A stretch of DNA of 63,551 nucleotides, the filler included, from Octopus bimaculoides (taxonomy: Eukaryota): the NCBI RefSeq assembly GCF_001194135.2. It is 5 parts of 5 records of this genome, joined end to end, with 100 filler letters (N's around TTAATTAATTAA, not from the genome) between each part and the next. Parts side by side here need not be neighbours in the genome. Positions count along the whole stretch, not along the records: positions 1 to 22,388 come from NC_069003.1; positions 22,489 to 35,529 come from NC_068989.1; 3 more parts are not named here. One strand, written 5' to 3'. Shown one piece after another: positions 11,176 through 23,366 of this stretch. The translations under genes and the position numbers were made by a program. The stretch's first letter is position 1. The number at the start of each line of letters is the position of its first letter. The notes beneath the pieces are model-generated. The model did no database searches. It was not told the origin of the DNA and saw only the letters and a program-made list of their open reading frames with translations.

Positions 11176-12737
11176 GTACCAACATACATCATTAATTTTT
11201 TCTTCCATATATGTGAGGGGAAGTAAAAAATTACCCACACTTTCGCCATAACATATCGTCATTATTGTAACACTTCCTTCTGCATGCTTATTGTTGGTAC
11301 TATTGTGGTTACATGATCGAAGTTTGAGCTTCACCACACCGTTTTTCTTTCTGGCTTTACGGTGTAAGCATGTCCGCTCCACTAGCAATGTGCACCAAAG
11401 AAAAACAAAGAGCAGTGGTCCGAGAGATGGTAATGGTGAACTGGTTCACCATTACCATCTCTTGAGCTTGCTTAATCCTCTCGTCAGTGGTGGAGGTTGA
11501 CGGCTGTCCTACTCCCTCTTTGTGCATCATGCCTGTCCAGCCACTTTTAAACTTCTTGGTCCCTTCATATACACCTCTGTGCAGTAGTGCACTGACCCCG
11601 TATTGTGCTAAAAGCCTCCAATGAATTTCAGCACCTGACACACCTTCCAACCAGAGAAATCAGATCACTGCTCTTTGCTCTTCTTTGATGCACATTCCTA
11701 GTGGACCAGCCAGGCTTACACTGTAAAACCTGAAAATAAAATGGTGCGATCGGGTTCAAACTTTGATCATGTGACCACAATAGTACCAACTATAAGCACG
11801 CATGCATTGAAGGCAGTGTGACAATAATAAAGATGTTATGGTGAAAGTGGATAATTATTTACTTCCCCTTGTATGTATATGTTATGGTGTGTGGCCTAGT
11901 GGTCAGGCTGTTGCAATCATGATTGCTAGATCATGGGTTTGATTCCCAGTCCAAGCAGCACATTGTATTCTTGAGCAAAACACTTCATTTCATGTTGCTC
12001 CAAGCCCCCTTTTAAACCAGGGAAATGTTGGCCCATTTGCATAGCCTGTTGGGTGGAGTCATTTGAAGGCTAAAATGATGCAAAGCACATTATGACTAGC
12101 GATGTGTAACAACATCTGATAGCCTGGTCAGTCATATGATCATGTAATATACACATGAGTGTGTGTGTGTGTGTGTGTGTGTACATAATATAAGGCATGG
12201 CTATGTGGTTTAAACCTGCTTCCCAACCATGTGGTCCTGGGTTCAGTCCTACTGTACAGCATCTTGGGCAGGTGTCTTCCACTACAGTTCTGGGTTGATC
12301 AAAGCCTTGTGAGTAGATTTGGTAGGTGGAATCTGAAAGAAGTCTTTTGTATATATGAGTGTGTGTATCCTTGAAATCGTAGTCATGGTTGTTGCCAGTG
12401 TCATGTAAATGGCACCCATACTGGTGGCACGTAAAAGGCACCCACTACACTCTTGGAGTGGTTGGTGTTAGGAAGGGCATCCAGCCATAGAGGCCATGCC
12501 AAATCAGACTGGAACCTGGTGCAGCTCTCCAGCTTACCAGTCCCAATCAAACCATCTAAATCATGCCAGTATGGAAAACAGATGTTAATTGATGATGATA
12601 GTGATGTATGTATGTATGTATGTACGTGTACATTTTACACATTTTTTGTACATCACCACCGTTTTCTGTCTTTTTATTGTTGTAAATACTATTGTGGTCC
12701 TTGTGGCCAATAAAGAAACAATTATTATTTTTATTAT

Positions 12738-13670
12738 TAAGGTAGAAAGCAGGCAAAATCGTTAGCTTTTCAGACAATGGTGGGCATCATTTCATCCATC
12801 TTTACATTCAAAGGTGAAATGCTGCTAAGGTCAACATTGCCTTTCATCCTTTTGGAGTTGATAAAAAGAGTACCAGCCAAGTATTGGGACCACCAACACA
12901 TCCTTCCTCCAAATTTCAGGCCTTGTGTCTATGGCAGAAAGGATTTTCATTATTTTTATTAATGTTGCAAGCTGGCAGAACCATTAGCACACCAGGCAAA
13001 ATGCTTAGCAGCATTTTGCCCATCTTCATGTCCTGAGTTCAAATTCCACTGGGGTCAACTTTTCCTTCAGGGTTGATAAAATAAGTACCAGTTGAGCACT
13101 GGAGGTTGAAGTAATTAACGTATCTCCTTCTCTGAAATTGCTTGCCTTGTGCCAAAATTTGAAACCATTATTATTGAGAAGGCGGTAAGCTGGCAGAATC
13201 ATTAGCATTCTAGATAAAATGGTGAGTGGCATTTTGCTTTGGCTGCTGATGAAATAAGTACCAGTTATGCACTGGGGTTGATGTAATCAGCTTGCCCCCA
13301 ACCCCCAAAAAATTTCAGGCATTGTGTCTATAGTAGAAAGGAATAATTATTAAGGCGATGCGCTGGCAGAATGATTAGCATGCTGGACAAAATACTTAGC
13401 GGCATTTTGTCTGTCTTTATACTCAAAGTTCAAATTTTGCTGAGGTCAACTTTGCCTTTCAGCCTTTCGGTTTTGATGACATTAGTACCAGCTAAGCATT
13501 AGTGGGGATGTAACCAACTAACCCCCCCCCCNNNNNNNNNNNNNNNNNNNNNNNNNNNNNNNNNNNNNNNNNNNNNNNNNNNNNNNNNNNNNNNNNNNNN
13601 NNNNNNNNNNNNNNNNNNNNNNNNNNNNNNNNNNNNCCCCGCTAAAATTTCAGGTCTTCTACTTATAGTA
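12738..13670 (+). mobile_element. Four head-to-tail copies of a tRNA-derived SINE (family B)
   Basis: Starts near 12738, 12968, 13179 and 13352 (ggtaagctggcagaatcattagc-like); B box gagttcaaattcc; ends ccttgtgtctatagtagaaaggattatt. Confidence 0.8.
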
Positions 13671-13738
13671 GACAGAATTATTATTGTTGTTGTTGTTGTT
13701 TCTTTTTACATTCAATAAACTAAATATTCATTTTTCAG

Positions 13739-13855
13739 CCGCCACCTGGAGTACCATGTCAGAGAAATGGCACAGGCATTCCTATACTTCCAGATTTCTT
13801 TAAACTCAAGACTGAATTGCTACTCAGACAGTCACACGAAACAACATACTTTGAC
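13739..13855 (+). CDS. Exon E of the same gene (117 nt, phase 0-0); junction of repeat domains 1 and 2
   Basis: Acceptor catttttcAG, donor C|GTAAGT. Translation PPPGVPCQRNGTGIPILPDFFKLKTELLLRQSHETTYFD. Splicing creates F-Q-P-P-P-G-V-P-C, the F-x-P-P-x-x-C end-of-domain motif. Confidence 0.9.
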
Positions 13856-13865
13856 GTAAGTATTA

Positions 13866-13923
<58 letters not shown>

Positions 13924-14038
13924 CTTCCTCCTCCACCACTTTGTTCTTCTTTTTCCATTCTTCCTCCTTCTTTCTCCTCCTTGTGTCAGTGATGTCTCTC
14001 TTCATAGTTGCTCAACCTGCTAGAAATAGCAACTGAAG

Positions 14039-15020
14039 ATGTACAGAAAACAGATTTCATCACATGCTGGGGGAAAAACTAGAAGTAGTTGATAGCTTCC
14101 GCTACCTAGGCAACCAAGTCTGTAGTAGGGGTGGTTGTTTTGTGAGTGCAGTGGCTAGAATAAGAATAGCTTGGGCAAAGTTCAGGGAGCTCCTACCTCT
14201 GCTGGCAGCTAAGGGCCTTATGCTCAGGATGAAAGGTAGACTGTATGATGCTTGTGTGTGAACTGCCATGCTACATGGCAGTGAAACATGGGCCATGACT
14301 GCTGAGGACATGCATAGGCTTGAAAGAAATGAAGCTAGTATGATCCGCTGGGTGTGTAATATCAATGTGCATACACAACAGAGTGTAGGTGTCCTGAGAG
14401 AAAAGTTGGACAAAAGAAGCATCAAATGTGGTGTGCAAGAGAGATGACTGCACTGGTATGGTCATGTGTTGCATATGGATGAGGACAGCTGTGTGAGGAA
14501 GTGCCACTCCCTAACTGTGGAAGGAACCTGTGGAAGAGGTAGACCCAGGAAGACATGGGATGAGATAGTGAAGCATGACCTTTGAATGTTGGGCCTCACA
14601 GAGGCAATGACAGGAGACCGAGACCTTTGGAGATATGCTGTGATTGAGAAGATCCAGCAACTAAAGTGAGATTGCAGCCATGGCCAATGCCAGTGTTGCA
14701 TGTTCGGCCCATTTAAAAGTACCTTTAATGTGTCAGGTGATATGATATGTTTGAGAAGACCTGTTGAGTCAAATAAAACCAAAATTGTAGCTGTGGCCAG
14801 TGCCCCTTGACTGGCTCCTGTGCTGGTGGCATGTAAAAAGCACCCACTACACTCTCTGAGTGGTTGGTGTTAGGAAGGGCATCCAGCTGTAGAAACATTG
14901 CCAGATCAGATTGGAGCCTGGTGCAGCCACTGGCTTTCCAGAGCCCAGTCAAACCATCCAACCCATGCCAGCATGGAAATCGGACGTTAAACGATGATGA
15001 TGATGATAATGATGGTGATG
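14039..15020 (+). mobile_element. 5'-truncated RTE LINE with intact 3' UTR and (GAT)n tail
   Basis: KLEVVDSFRYLG...RIRIAWAKFRELLPLL...KGRLYDACV..AMLHGSETW...WYGHVL, followed by the 3' UTR shared with the short copies. Confidence 0.92.
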
Positions 15021-15059
15021 ATATATATAGTTATATATGTGTGTGTGTGTGTGTGTGTT

Positions 15060-15091
<32 letters not shown>

Positions 15092-15254
15092 AACAGGCTT
15101 CTTTCAGTTTCCATCTACCAAATTGACTCACAAGCTTTGGTTAGCCTGAGGCTATAGAAGAAAACTCTTGCTCAAGGTGCAAGGCAATGGGAATGAACTC
15201 AGAACCATGTCATTGGGAAGTAAGAACAGTGTAACAGTGCCAGATTGCAACAAT

Positions 15255-15675
15255 ATTCTTTTCTACTCCAGGCACAAGGCCCGAAATTTTTGGGAAGGGG
15301 TCAGTTGATTCGATCAACCCCAGTACGCAACTGGTACTTAATTTATTGACCTCTAAAGTATGAAAGGCAAAGTCAACGTTGGTGGAATTTGAACTCAGAC
15401 GAAATACCGCTAAGCATTTCGCCTGGTGTGCTAACGTTTCTTATTTCTTTATTGCCCACAAGGGGCTAAACATAGAGGGGACAAACAAGGGCAGACAAAG
15501 GGATTAAGTCGATTAGATCGACCCTAGTGCGTAACTGGTACTTAATTTATTGACCCCGAAAGGATGAAAGGCAAAGTCGGCCTCGGTGGAATTTGAACTC
15601 AGAATGTAACGGTAGACGAAATACTGCTCAGCATTTCGCCCGGCGTGCTAACGTTTCTGCCAGCACGCCACCTTA
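15255..15675 (-). mobile_element. Two tandem family B SINEs (short and long subtypes)
   Basis: Reverse complement of ggcagaaacgttagcacgccgggcgaaatgctgagcagtatttcg...gagttcaaattcc...ggggtcaataaattaagtaccag. Confidence 0.85.
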
Positions 15676-16668
15676 ATATTGCAACAATATTACCACCACC
15701 ATCACCAACATTAATTACTGCTGCTGTTGCTAGTTTGAAGACTCTCAAATACAACTGAAAGTTACACTTTTTTACACTTGCAGCATTCCATATATTTTGA
15801 ACACAGCTCACAGAGCTCTCTAGGGGTTCATGGACCCTAGAGGCTCCCTTGATATGTGTGAGAGCACATGTGTGTGTGTGTGTGGTAAGACTTACTGGCT
15901 ACTGTTAGTCTCAGAGTGTCATTTTCAAGTAGGAATCGGTTGTGTTTGAAGACTGCAAGCTGCTATCGTCTTTGTCTTTGATCATGTTGGATGGAATATT
16001 CAGGAAATGAAAAAAGACCAATTAATTTATTCTGTGATGGTGGCGGTGGCGGCAGCAGCAGCAGAATGGGTGGTAGGTGGTGGTGGTGGGGAAATGTGCT
16101 AGGATTCTTCAAAGCAACAAAAGCAGTAGCAGCAGTAGTAGGGTTTTTGTAGTTTTTGTTGTTGTGGTGGTGATGGTGGTGGCAGTAGTAATGACAGCAG
16201 ATGGTGGTGGGGTGTAGCTAAAGAGCTTGCTTCCCAACTATGTGGTCTTGAATTCAGTCCCACAGCCCAGCACCTTGGGCAAGTGTCTTCTACTATACCC
16301 CAGGCCAACAAAAGCCTTCTGAGTGGATATGATAAATGAAAACTTTAGGAAGCCTGCCATGTATGTTATATATATTGTGCTTTTAATTATTAATTTTTCT
16401 ATATGTGATAGTGGATTTTCATCGATGAGTTCTTGAAACTTGGTTCTTTTCCCTAAAACTATATATATTCGAAACGTCTAGTTAGAAGAGAGACAGCTGA
16501 TGAAGGGATATTCCAAGTGGCTTTCCGTTTTCCTATGTGTTCGTTCCGTTGTCTGTAGTTCATTGTTCTAACGTCCTGTACCTTGATATGCATATATATA
16601 CACATGTAGATGTAAGTATGTACATATATGTGTGTATACATGTATATATATTCTTTGTNNNNNNNNNN

Positions 16669-16712
<44 letters not shown>

Positions 16713-16827
16713 TCACACACACACACACATATATATAACATGCACAAGAGGCTTCCTTCATTTTCCATCTCTTAAATCCACTCAGAAGGCTTTGGTTCGC
16801 CTGGGATATAGTAGAAGACACTGTGTA

Positions 16828-18110
16828 TGTCATCATCATTTAGTGTCTGCTTTCCATGCTGGCATGGGTTAGACAATTTGGCAAAAACTGGAAAGCTGGG
16901 AAGCTGCACCAGGTTCCAATCTGATTTGGCATGGTTTCTATGGTTGGATGCCCTTCCAAATGCCAACCACTCCAAGAGTGCAATGGGTGCTTTTTACATG
17001 CCACTGGCACAAGTGCCTGTTATGTGACACCGGCATTGGCCACAACTAGTTTCACTTGGCTTGATGGGTCTTCTCAAGCACAACATATCACCGAAAGTCT
17101 CTGTCACTTGTCATTGTCTCTGTGAGGCCCAACATTCAAAGGTCATTCTTCATCACTTCGTCCCATGTCCTTCTGGGTTTACCTCTTCCACAGTTAGAGA
17201 TCGAGACTTTTTTTACACAGCTGTTCTCATCCATATGCATCACATGGCCATACCAGCAGAGTCATCTCTCTTGCACAGCACATCTGATGCCTCTTATGCC
17301 TTGCTTTTCTCTCAAGATGTTTACACTCTGTCGTACATGCACACTAATATTGCACATCCAGTGAAGCATACTAGCTTCATTTCTTTCGAGCCTACACATG
17401 TCCTCACTGGTCACAGCCCATGATTCACTACCGGCTGTTTGCACTTAGGTATCATACAGTCTGCCTTTCACTCTGAGGGAGAGGCCCTTTGATACCAACA
17501 GAGGTAGGAGCTCTCTGAATTTTGCCCAACCTATTCTTATTCTAGCAGCTACACTCTCAGAGCGTCCACCTCTACTACTGGCTTGGTCACCTAGATAATG
17601 GAAGCTATCAACTACTTCTCGCTTTCCCCACTGGCATTTGATGAAGTCTATTTCCTGTCCATTTGTAGTGTTTATTGTACCTGTGACCTTTCAAGACACA
17701 AAAACTATTTTCCCTGTTAACCTTCCTCTGATATTGCTGCACTTCTAATGCGTCCATAGCTTACACAAGATACATTTTATGGAGTTTCAAGCAGGGCTAT
17801 CTATCTGAAAGGATTTCTGATTTGTCTGCCTTCCTACTTATTAAGACTTTGGTTTCTGGTAGATTAAATCTAAGGCCCTTTGATTCTAGACCTTGCCTGC
17901 ACATCTGAAATTTCTTCTCTAGTTCTGGTTGTAATTCAGCTATAAGAGCAAGGTCTTCAGCATAGAGGAGCGCCCCAGGACAGCCTGTTTTAAATCCTCT
18001 GTTATTGCCTCGAGGACTATGACGAACAAGGGGGATGCTGAGCACTGATCCTTGGTGAACCCCTACTTGTACTTTGGATTCATCATTATGCTCATTGCCA
18101 ACCTTCACCA
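16828..18110 (-). mobile_element. Degenerate RTE LINE (RT to 3' end)
   Basis: QVGVHQGSVLS...LLYAEDLALIA...GLESKGLRFNLPETKVL, NSIKCILCKLWTH*KCS, CRLERNEASMLHWMC, then the 3' UTR at 16828-17100. Confidence 0.9.
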
Positions 18111-18379
18111 TGTCATCTCCTCTGTGTGGCCCAACATCTGAAGATCTTTTCTCATCATTTTGTCCCTCATCTTCCTGGGTCAAAAGTCCCTCAAATCATT
18201 TGTGACTATGCTGCACTTTAACCCCAGGTCATTTAAAAAAAAGATTTGTCTTTTACATGCAGCATTTCTATGATCACACAATGCAGAATGTCCTTCTGTT
18301 TCTGAAGATGGTAAGGTGTGATTTCACTGCTGTTTCTAGCAGGTTGAGCAATCACCTAGCTGCTCCTTAGTGATATGAT

Positions 18380-18580
18380 GGTGGTAAGGATGGTGATAAT
18401 TGTAAAAGTTGCAGCAATAGTAGCAGTAGTAGTAGTAATAGTAGTAGCAGCAGCAGCAGCTGTAGCAGTAGCAGCAGTGATGATGATTGTAGTAGTAGCA
18501 TTATTATTATTATTATCATCCTCATCATCATCGTTATTATTATTATTATTATTATTAGTAGTAGTAGTAGTAGTAGTAAT

Positions 18581-18633
<53 letters not shown>

Positions 18634-18690
18634 AAGTGGTGATGGTGGTGGTGGTGGCAGTGGTAGTAATTTTGATGGGCAATCAATGAT
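18380..18690. repeat. Mixed TAG/CAG/TAT trinucleotide repeat
   Basis: Visible directly. Confidence 0.9.
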
Positions 18691-19515
18691 GTTTTGCATT
18701 TCTTTGACATTGAAGAGAGGAGTGGTGTTGTGTAAGGGTGGGGAGTGAAGATAATNNNNNNNNNNNNNNNNNNNNNNNNNNNNNNNNNNNNNNNNNNNNN
18801 NNNNNNNNNNNNNNNNNNNNNNNNNNNNNNNNNNNNNNNNNNNNNNNNNNNNNNNNNNNNNNNNNNNNNNNNNNNNNNNNNNNNNNNNNNNNNNNNNNNN
18901 NNNNNNNNNNNNNNNNNNNNNNNNNNNNNNNNNNNNNNNNNNNNNNNNNNNNNNNNNNNNNNNNNNNNNNNNNNNNNNNNNNNNNNNNNNNNNNNNNNNN
19001 NNNNNNNNNNNNNNNNNNNNNNNNNNNNNNNNNNNNNNNNNNNNNNNNNNNNNNNNNNNNNNNNNNNNNNNNNNNNNNNNNNNNNNNNNNNNNNNNNNNN
19101 NNNNNNNNNNNNNNNNNNNNNNNNNNNNNNNNNNNNNNNNNNNNNNNNNNNNNNNNNNNNNNNNNNNNNNNNNNNNNNNNNNNNNNNNNNNNNNNNNNNN
19201 NNNNNNNNNNNNNNNNNNNNNNNNNNNNNNNNNNNNNNNNNNNNNNNNNNNNNNNNNNNNNNNNNNNNNNNNNNNNNNNGATGATGATGATGATGATGAT
19301 GATGATTTTGATGATGATATAACCCGTCCTCACCAACCAGCAAGGTTTATTCTTTGGCTCATCTTTTGTTTACTAACTGACCATAATGGATTCCTACCTC
19401 CACAGTCAGAAGAGGTATAATCCCTTCACCATTAGAGTCTGACAAGTCATCCATAAAGCGAAATGGTCCATGGATGCCAAACCATTGGTCACTCTCTGAC
19501 TGGGCATATACTTAA

Positions 19516-19549
<34 letters not shown>

Positions 19550-19666
19550 ACATACATATCCATAAATATATATACACACTCACACATATGCCTGCCCGCA
19601 CAATACTTGTTAATATTTATTACTGCCATAATATGAATTCATATCTATTAAGATTTTGTCTTACAG

Positions 19667-19757
19667 GAATTGTATGACTATAAAACTAAGAGAGTTAAAT
19701 TTGAATTCTACACACCATCTGGCAAGACAATAACTGAGGTACAGGACTTCCATACAG
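19667..19757 (+). CDS. Exon F of the same gene (91 nt, phase 0-1)
   Basis: Acceptor ttttgtcttacAG, donor CAG|GTAAGG. Translation ELYDYKTKRVKFEFYTPSGKTITEVQDFHT-G, with Y-D-Y and D-F-x-T-G motifs. Confidence 0.9.
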
Positions 19758-19902
19758 GTAAGGACCATCTTTTTATAAATGTCTGTTTGACTCTGTGTGT
19801 GTGTGTATGTGTGCATGGAAGTATGTTGGTGTATGTATAAATGTGTGCATGCATATGTGTGTGTTTTTGTATGTGGATGCAATGGAAATATGCTTGTGTA
19901 TT

Positions 19903-20135
19903 ATTTCTTTACTACCCACAAGGGGCTACACACAGAGGGGACAAACAAGGACAGACAAACGGATTAAGTCGATTATACCGACCCCAGTGCGTAACTGGTA
20001 CTTATTTAATCTACCCCGAAAGGATGAAAGGCAAAGTTGACCTCGGCGGAAATTGAACTCAGAACGTAAAGACAGACAAAATACCGCTAAGCATTTCGCC
20101 CGGTGTGCTAACGTTTCTGCCAGCTCGCCGCCTTG
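19903..20135 (-). mobile_element. Family B SINE (long subtype)
   Basis: Closely matches 15437-15675 and 33800-34030. Further copies at 3248-3415, 27578-27700, 38845-38950, 46578-46780(-) and 62958-63170. Confidence 0.85.
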
Positions 20136-20704
20136 TGGAAATATGCTTGTGTATACGTACTTGTGTGAATCTAGCTTGTGTAAGCATGCATGCACAGAAT
20201 GGTTGGATGGTTAAGAAATTTGTTCCCAGACAATAAAGTCTCAGATTCAAATCCCACTGTAAGGCATCTTGGCGAGTATATCATTTATTGTAATCCTTGG
20301 TGGACCCATTGTAACCCTTGGTTGGGTTTTGGTGGAGGTTTAATGCAGCTCCATGTTTGGGAGGAACGATAGCAATCAAAGTCGTGGTTGACGAGACAGA
20401 GAGAGGAAACAATGTTTCTCAATCAGTACTTGTTGTTGTTGTTGTTGTTGTTTAACCTCAGCTCTGACTCAGCAGTTCTATGATTGCACTTGTACTTGGG
20501 AACATATGCAATGTGTTCATCTTTTCTAAGACAGGAGTGTGGGATTTGAGGGAGATTTGGTTACTATTTCTAGCAGTACGTAGTGTATATAGATGTAAGA
20601 ATCAGTTGAATAACCCTTCTTTTGGATATGGGTCTAGGGAGTTTCTGTATGTAGCAGGAATACTGTTCCCTACAGATGAGCTGTCCCTTAATGTAGGTCT
20701 AGAG

Positions 20705-21138
20705 CAGTGGTTCTCAACCAGAATCAATATGACCCCTGGGGGGCAGGGTCCATGTAAGACTTTTGGAGGCCTCTGCAAGCAAAATAGTAAATTGGGGATC
20801 CACAGTAGTATTTTAAGGGTCCATGAAAAAATGTTATTTTGAATGTATTTATCCNNNNNNNNNNNNNNNNNNNNNNNNNNNNNNNNNNNNNNNNNNNNNN
20901 NNNNNNNNNNNNNNNNNNNNNNNNNNNNNNNNNNNNNNNNNNNNNNAACCCCCCAGCCAGGTTTCTTTCTTTAACGTTTTACATACTTCAACTTATACAA
21001 GTTAATGTGTGAAAAGCAAAATAGGAATTTTGAAAGAAGTTTCTGTAAAATTAGTTTTTGTGGCAATAGGGGTCCACCAGAATAAAGTAGTAATCAAAGG
21101 GGTCCATAGATAAAAAAAAAAAGGGTTGAGAACCACTG
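20705..21138. mobile_element. Non-autonomous hAT (Charlie/Buster-like) MITE
   Basis: Perfect 15-bp TIRs CAGTGGTTCTCAACC (20705-20719) and GGTTGAGAACCACTG (21124-21138). 8-bp TSD gtctagag/gtctagaa (7 of 8 match) with central TA. Confidence 0.92.
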
Positions 21139-21164
21139 GTCTAGAATGTTTGCATGTGTATGTA

Positions 21165-21198
<34 letters not shown>

Positions 21199-21514
21199 CG
21201 CGCGTGCATGCGTGTGTGTGTGTCCGTTTCTCTTTCTTACCCTCTCACTCAATCCCTTTTTTCTCTTACCTTTTCTTGTCTCTGATACTCGCCCACATTC
21301 TTTCTCATCCACCACTGTTTCACCACTCTCAACCCCTCCATTCTCACACCTCTCTCTCTCTCTCTCTCACTCACACGCACACACACTTTCTCTCTTTCTT
21401 TCACCCTCTCACCACAATCCCTCTTTCACTGCCCACTATTTCTCTCCTTCTCACTCACCTACACTATCTCTCACACACAGTCTCTCTCTTTCTCTCTTTC
21501 TTCACCATTGCCAG

Positions 21515-21681
21515 GTGTTGGCTACAAAATAGATTCATCTGGAGAATGTTCCATGCATATAATGACCGAAGCGGAACCTGATGTCCACATCAGCACTGTT
21601 AATGGCGTCAAGACAGTGAAGATGGTTAATTCACGTTACTTCTATGTTTTTAATTCAACAAAGTTTGTATATGAAGGAAAG
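21515..21681 (+). CDS. Exon G of the same gene (167 nt, phase 1-0); last exon found
   Basis: Long CT tract then ccAG; donor AAG|GTGAGG. Translation (G)VGYKIDSSGECSMHIMTEAEPDVHISTVNGVKTVKMVNSRYFYVFNSTKFVYEGK, parallel to exon C of repeat 1. The expected next exon (x-R-G-I-x-C-x-x-W) was not found before the linker at 22389. Confidence 0.9.
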
Positions 21682-21704
21682 GTGAGGAATAAATTACTAT
21701 CCAA

Positions 21705-22010
21705 CCACATCTACCACACCAATCATGTCTGTCACACCAATCACATTTGTCACCCCAATAACATCTGTCACACCAGTCACATCTGTCACTTCAGTAACAT
21801 CTGTCACAGCGATCACATCAATCACATCTGTCACCTCAATAACATCTGCTACAGCAATTGCATCTATCACATCAGTTATATCAGTCACCTTAATAATGTC
21901 TGTCACAGCAATCACATCTATCACATCTGTCACCTCAGTAGCATCTGCCACACCATTCGCATCTGGCACACTAATCATATCTATTACACCAATCACACCA
22001 ATCATTTAAC
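21705..22010. repeat. 18-bp degenerate minisatellite (aatcacatctgtcacacc) just downstream of the exon G donor
   Basis: About 15 units; open in three of the listed frames. Confidence 0.9.
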
Positions 22011-22093
22011 AGATGTCCACATCTGTGTCTTTACTACATCTGCCAGATCTGCAGACTTCCTGTTTTAATATTATCTAAATTATAACCTTCCGT

Positions 22094-22388
22094 GGAGGCG
22101 CAATGGCCCAGTGGTTAGGGCAGCGGACTCACGGTCATAGGATTGCGGTTTCGATTCCCAGACCGGGCGTTGTGAGTGTTTATTGAGCGAAAACACCTAA
22201 AAGCTCCACGGGGCTCCGGCAGGGGATGGTTGCGAACCCTGCTGTACTCTTTCACCACAACTTTCTCTCACTCTTACTTCCTGTTTCTGTTGTGCCTGTA
22301 ATTCAAAGGGTCAGCCTTGTCACACTGTGTCACGCTGAATAGCCCCCGAGAACTACGTTAAGGGTACACATGTCTGTGGAGTGCTCAG
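22094..22388 (+). mobile_element. Family C SINE, truncated by the scaffold end
   Basis: Near-identical to 2822-3118. Confidence 0.9.
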
Positions 22389-22488
22389 NNNNNNNNNNNN
22401 NNNNNNNNNNNNNNNNNNNNNNNNNNNNNNNNTTAATTAATTAANNNNNNNNNNNNNNNNNNNNNNNNNNNNNNNNNNNNNNNNNNNN
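22389..22488. other. Artificial scaffold-joining linker (44 N + TTAATTAATTAA + 44 N)
   Basis: The identical 100-nt structure recurs at 35530-35629, 41261-41360 and 60205-60304. The 12-mer contains stop codons in all six frames. Confidence 0.95.
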
Positions 22489-22737
22489 CGTGTCACAAAG
22501 ATTTTCATGGCTACAAGACGCCATCGTCTCAAAAAAAAAATGGCTAGAAAGCCGAAATTGGTTTTTATATCCTGGAAATGTGCCACACAGGGCAGATTTC
22601 CGTCGCAAAAAACTTGCACCAGAGAGTCTACAAGTTGTTATACAACTTTGTATATAAAATAAACTTTACAAACAAACTTTTTAAAACATGAAAAAGGCAA
22701 AACTTACAGAGCCGACACGTCTACCGTCCGTCCATAG

Positions 22738-22798
<61 letters not shown>

Positions 22799-23296
22799 TA
22801 TACTTTAACCCGATGGTGTTTTGTTTTACTGGGAATCAATACTGTATTGCACTATGTAAAAACATTTTCCTTTCAAAACTTTTTTCACTGCTCTCGATCT
22901 GTTAACGGCTAGGCGTTCAGACGATTATATACTGGCACTCATGTAGCGACATTTGAAATGTATGTGCGTGAGTGCGTGTGTGTGCGCGTGTGTTTATGAG
23001 TTACTGTGCACTTGTGTATTGTGTGTGTATGCGTACATGAGTGTATGTGTGCATGTGTCTATTTGACGCACACCGTCGATTGACGACATTTGTTGGTACT
23101 TTTATTTTCCTGAAGTTTATCGTTTCGGCAAAAGGGCTTTTAGAATAGGTAACAGATTTAATAAAGCACCGTGTCTGATTCATTCGACTGAGTCTTTTGA
23201 AGCAGAGCCCCGACACGATCCCATTTTAATGACTGATGAGATTAAGAGGCGCATACATACATAACATACATATGGAACTACACATTTCAGTACACA

Positions 23297-23366
<70 letters not shown>

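Noticed and set aside
16465-16520. Hammerhead-like words cgaaacgtc and ctgatgaag
   Set aside because: The order would require a type II fold, but no stem I forms and stem II is poor.
22094-22170. tRNA gene-like sequences with A and B boxes (also 2822, 55670, 61077)
   Set aside because: They continue into SINE bodies present in many copies and lack a complete cloverleaf; these are SINE heads, not tRNA genes.
22433-22444. TTAATTAATTAA as a homeodomain site or PacI-like repeated element
   Set aside because: Always centred in exactly 44+44 Ns; an assembly linker, not biology.
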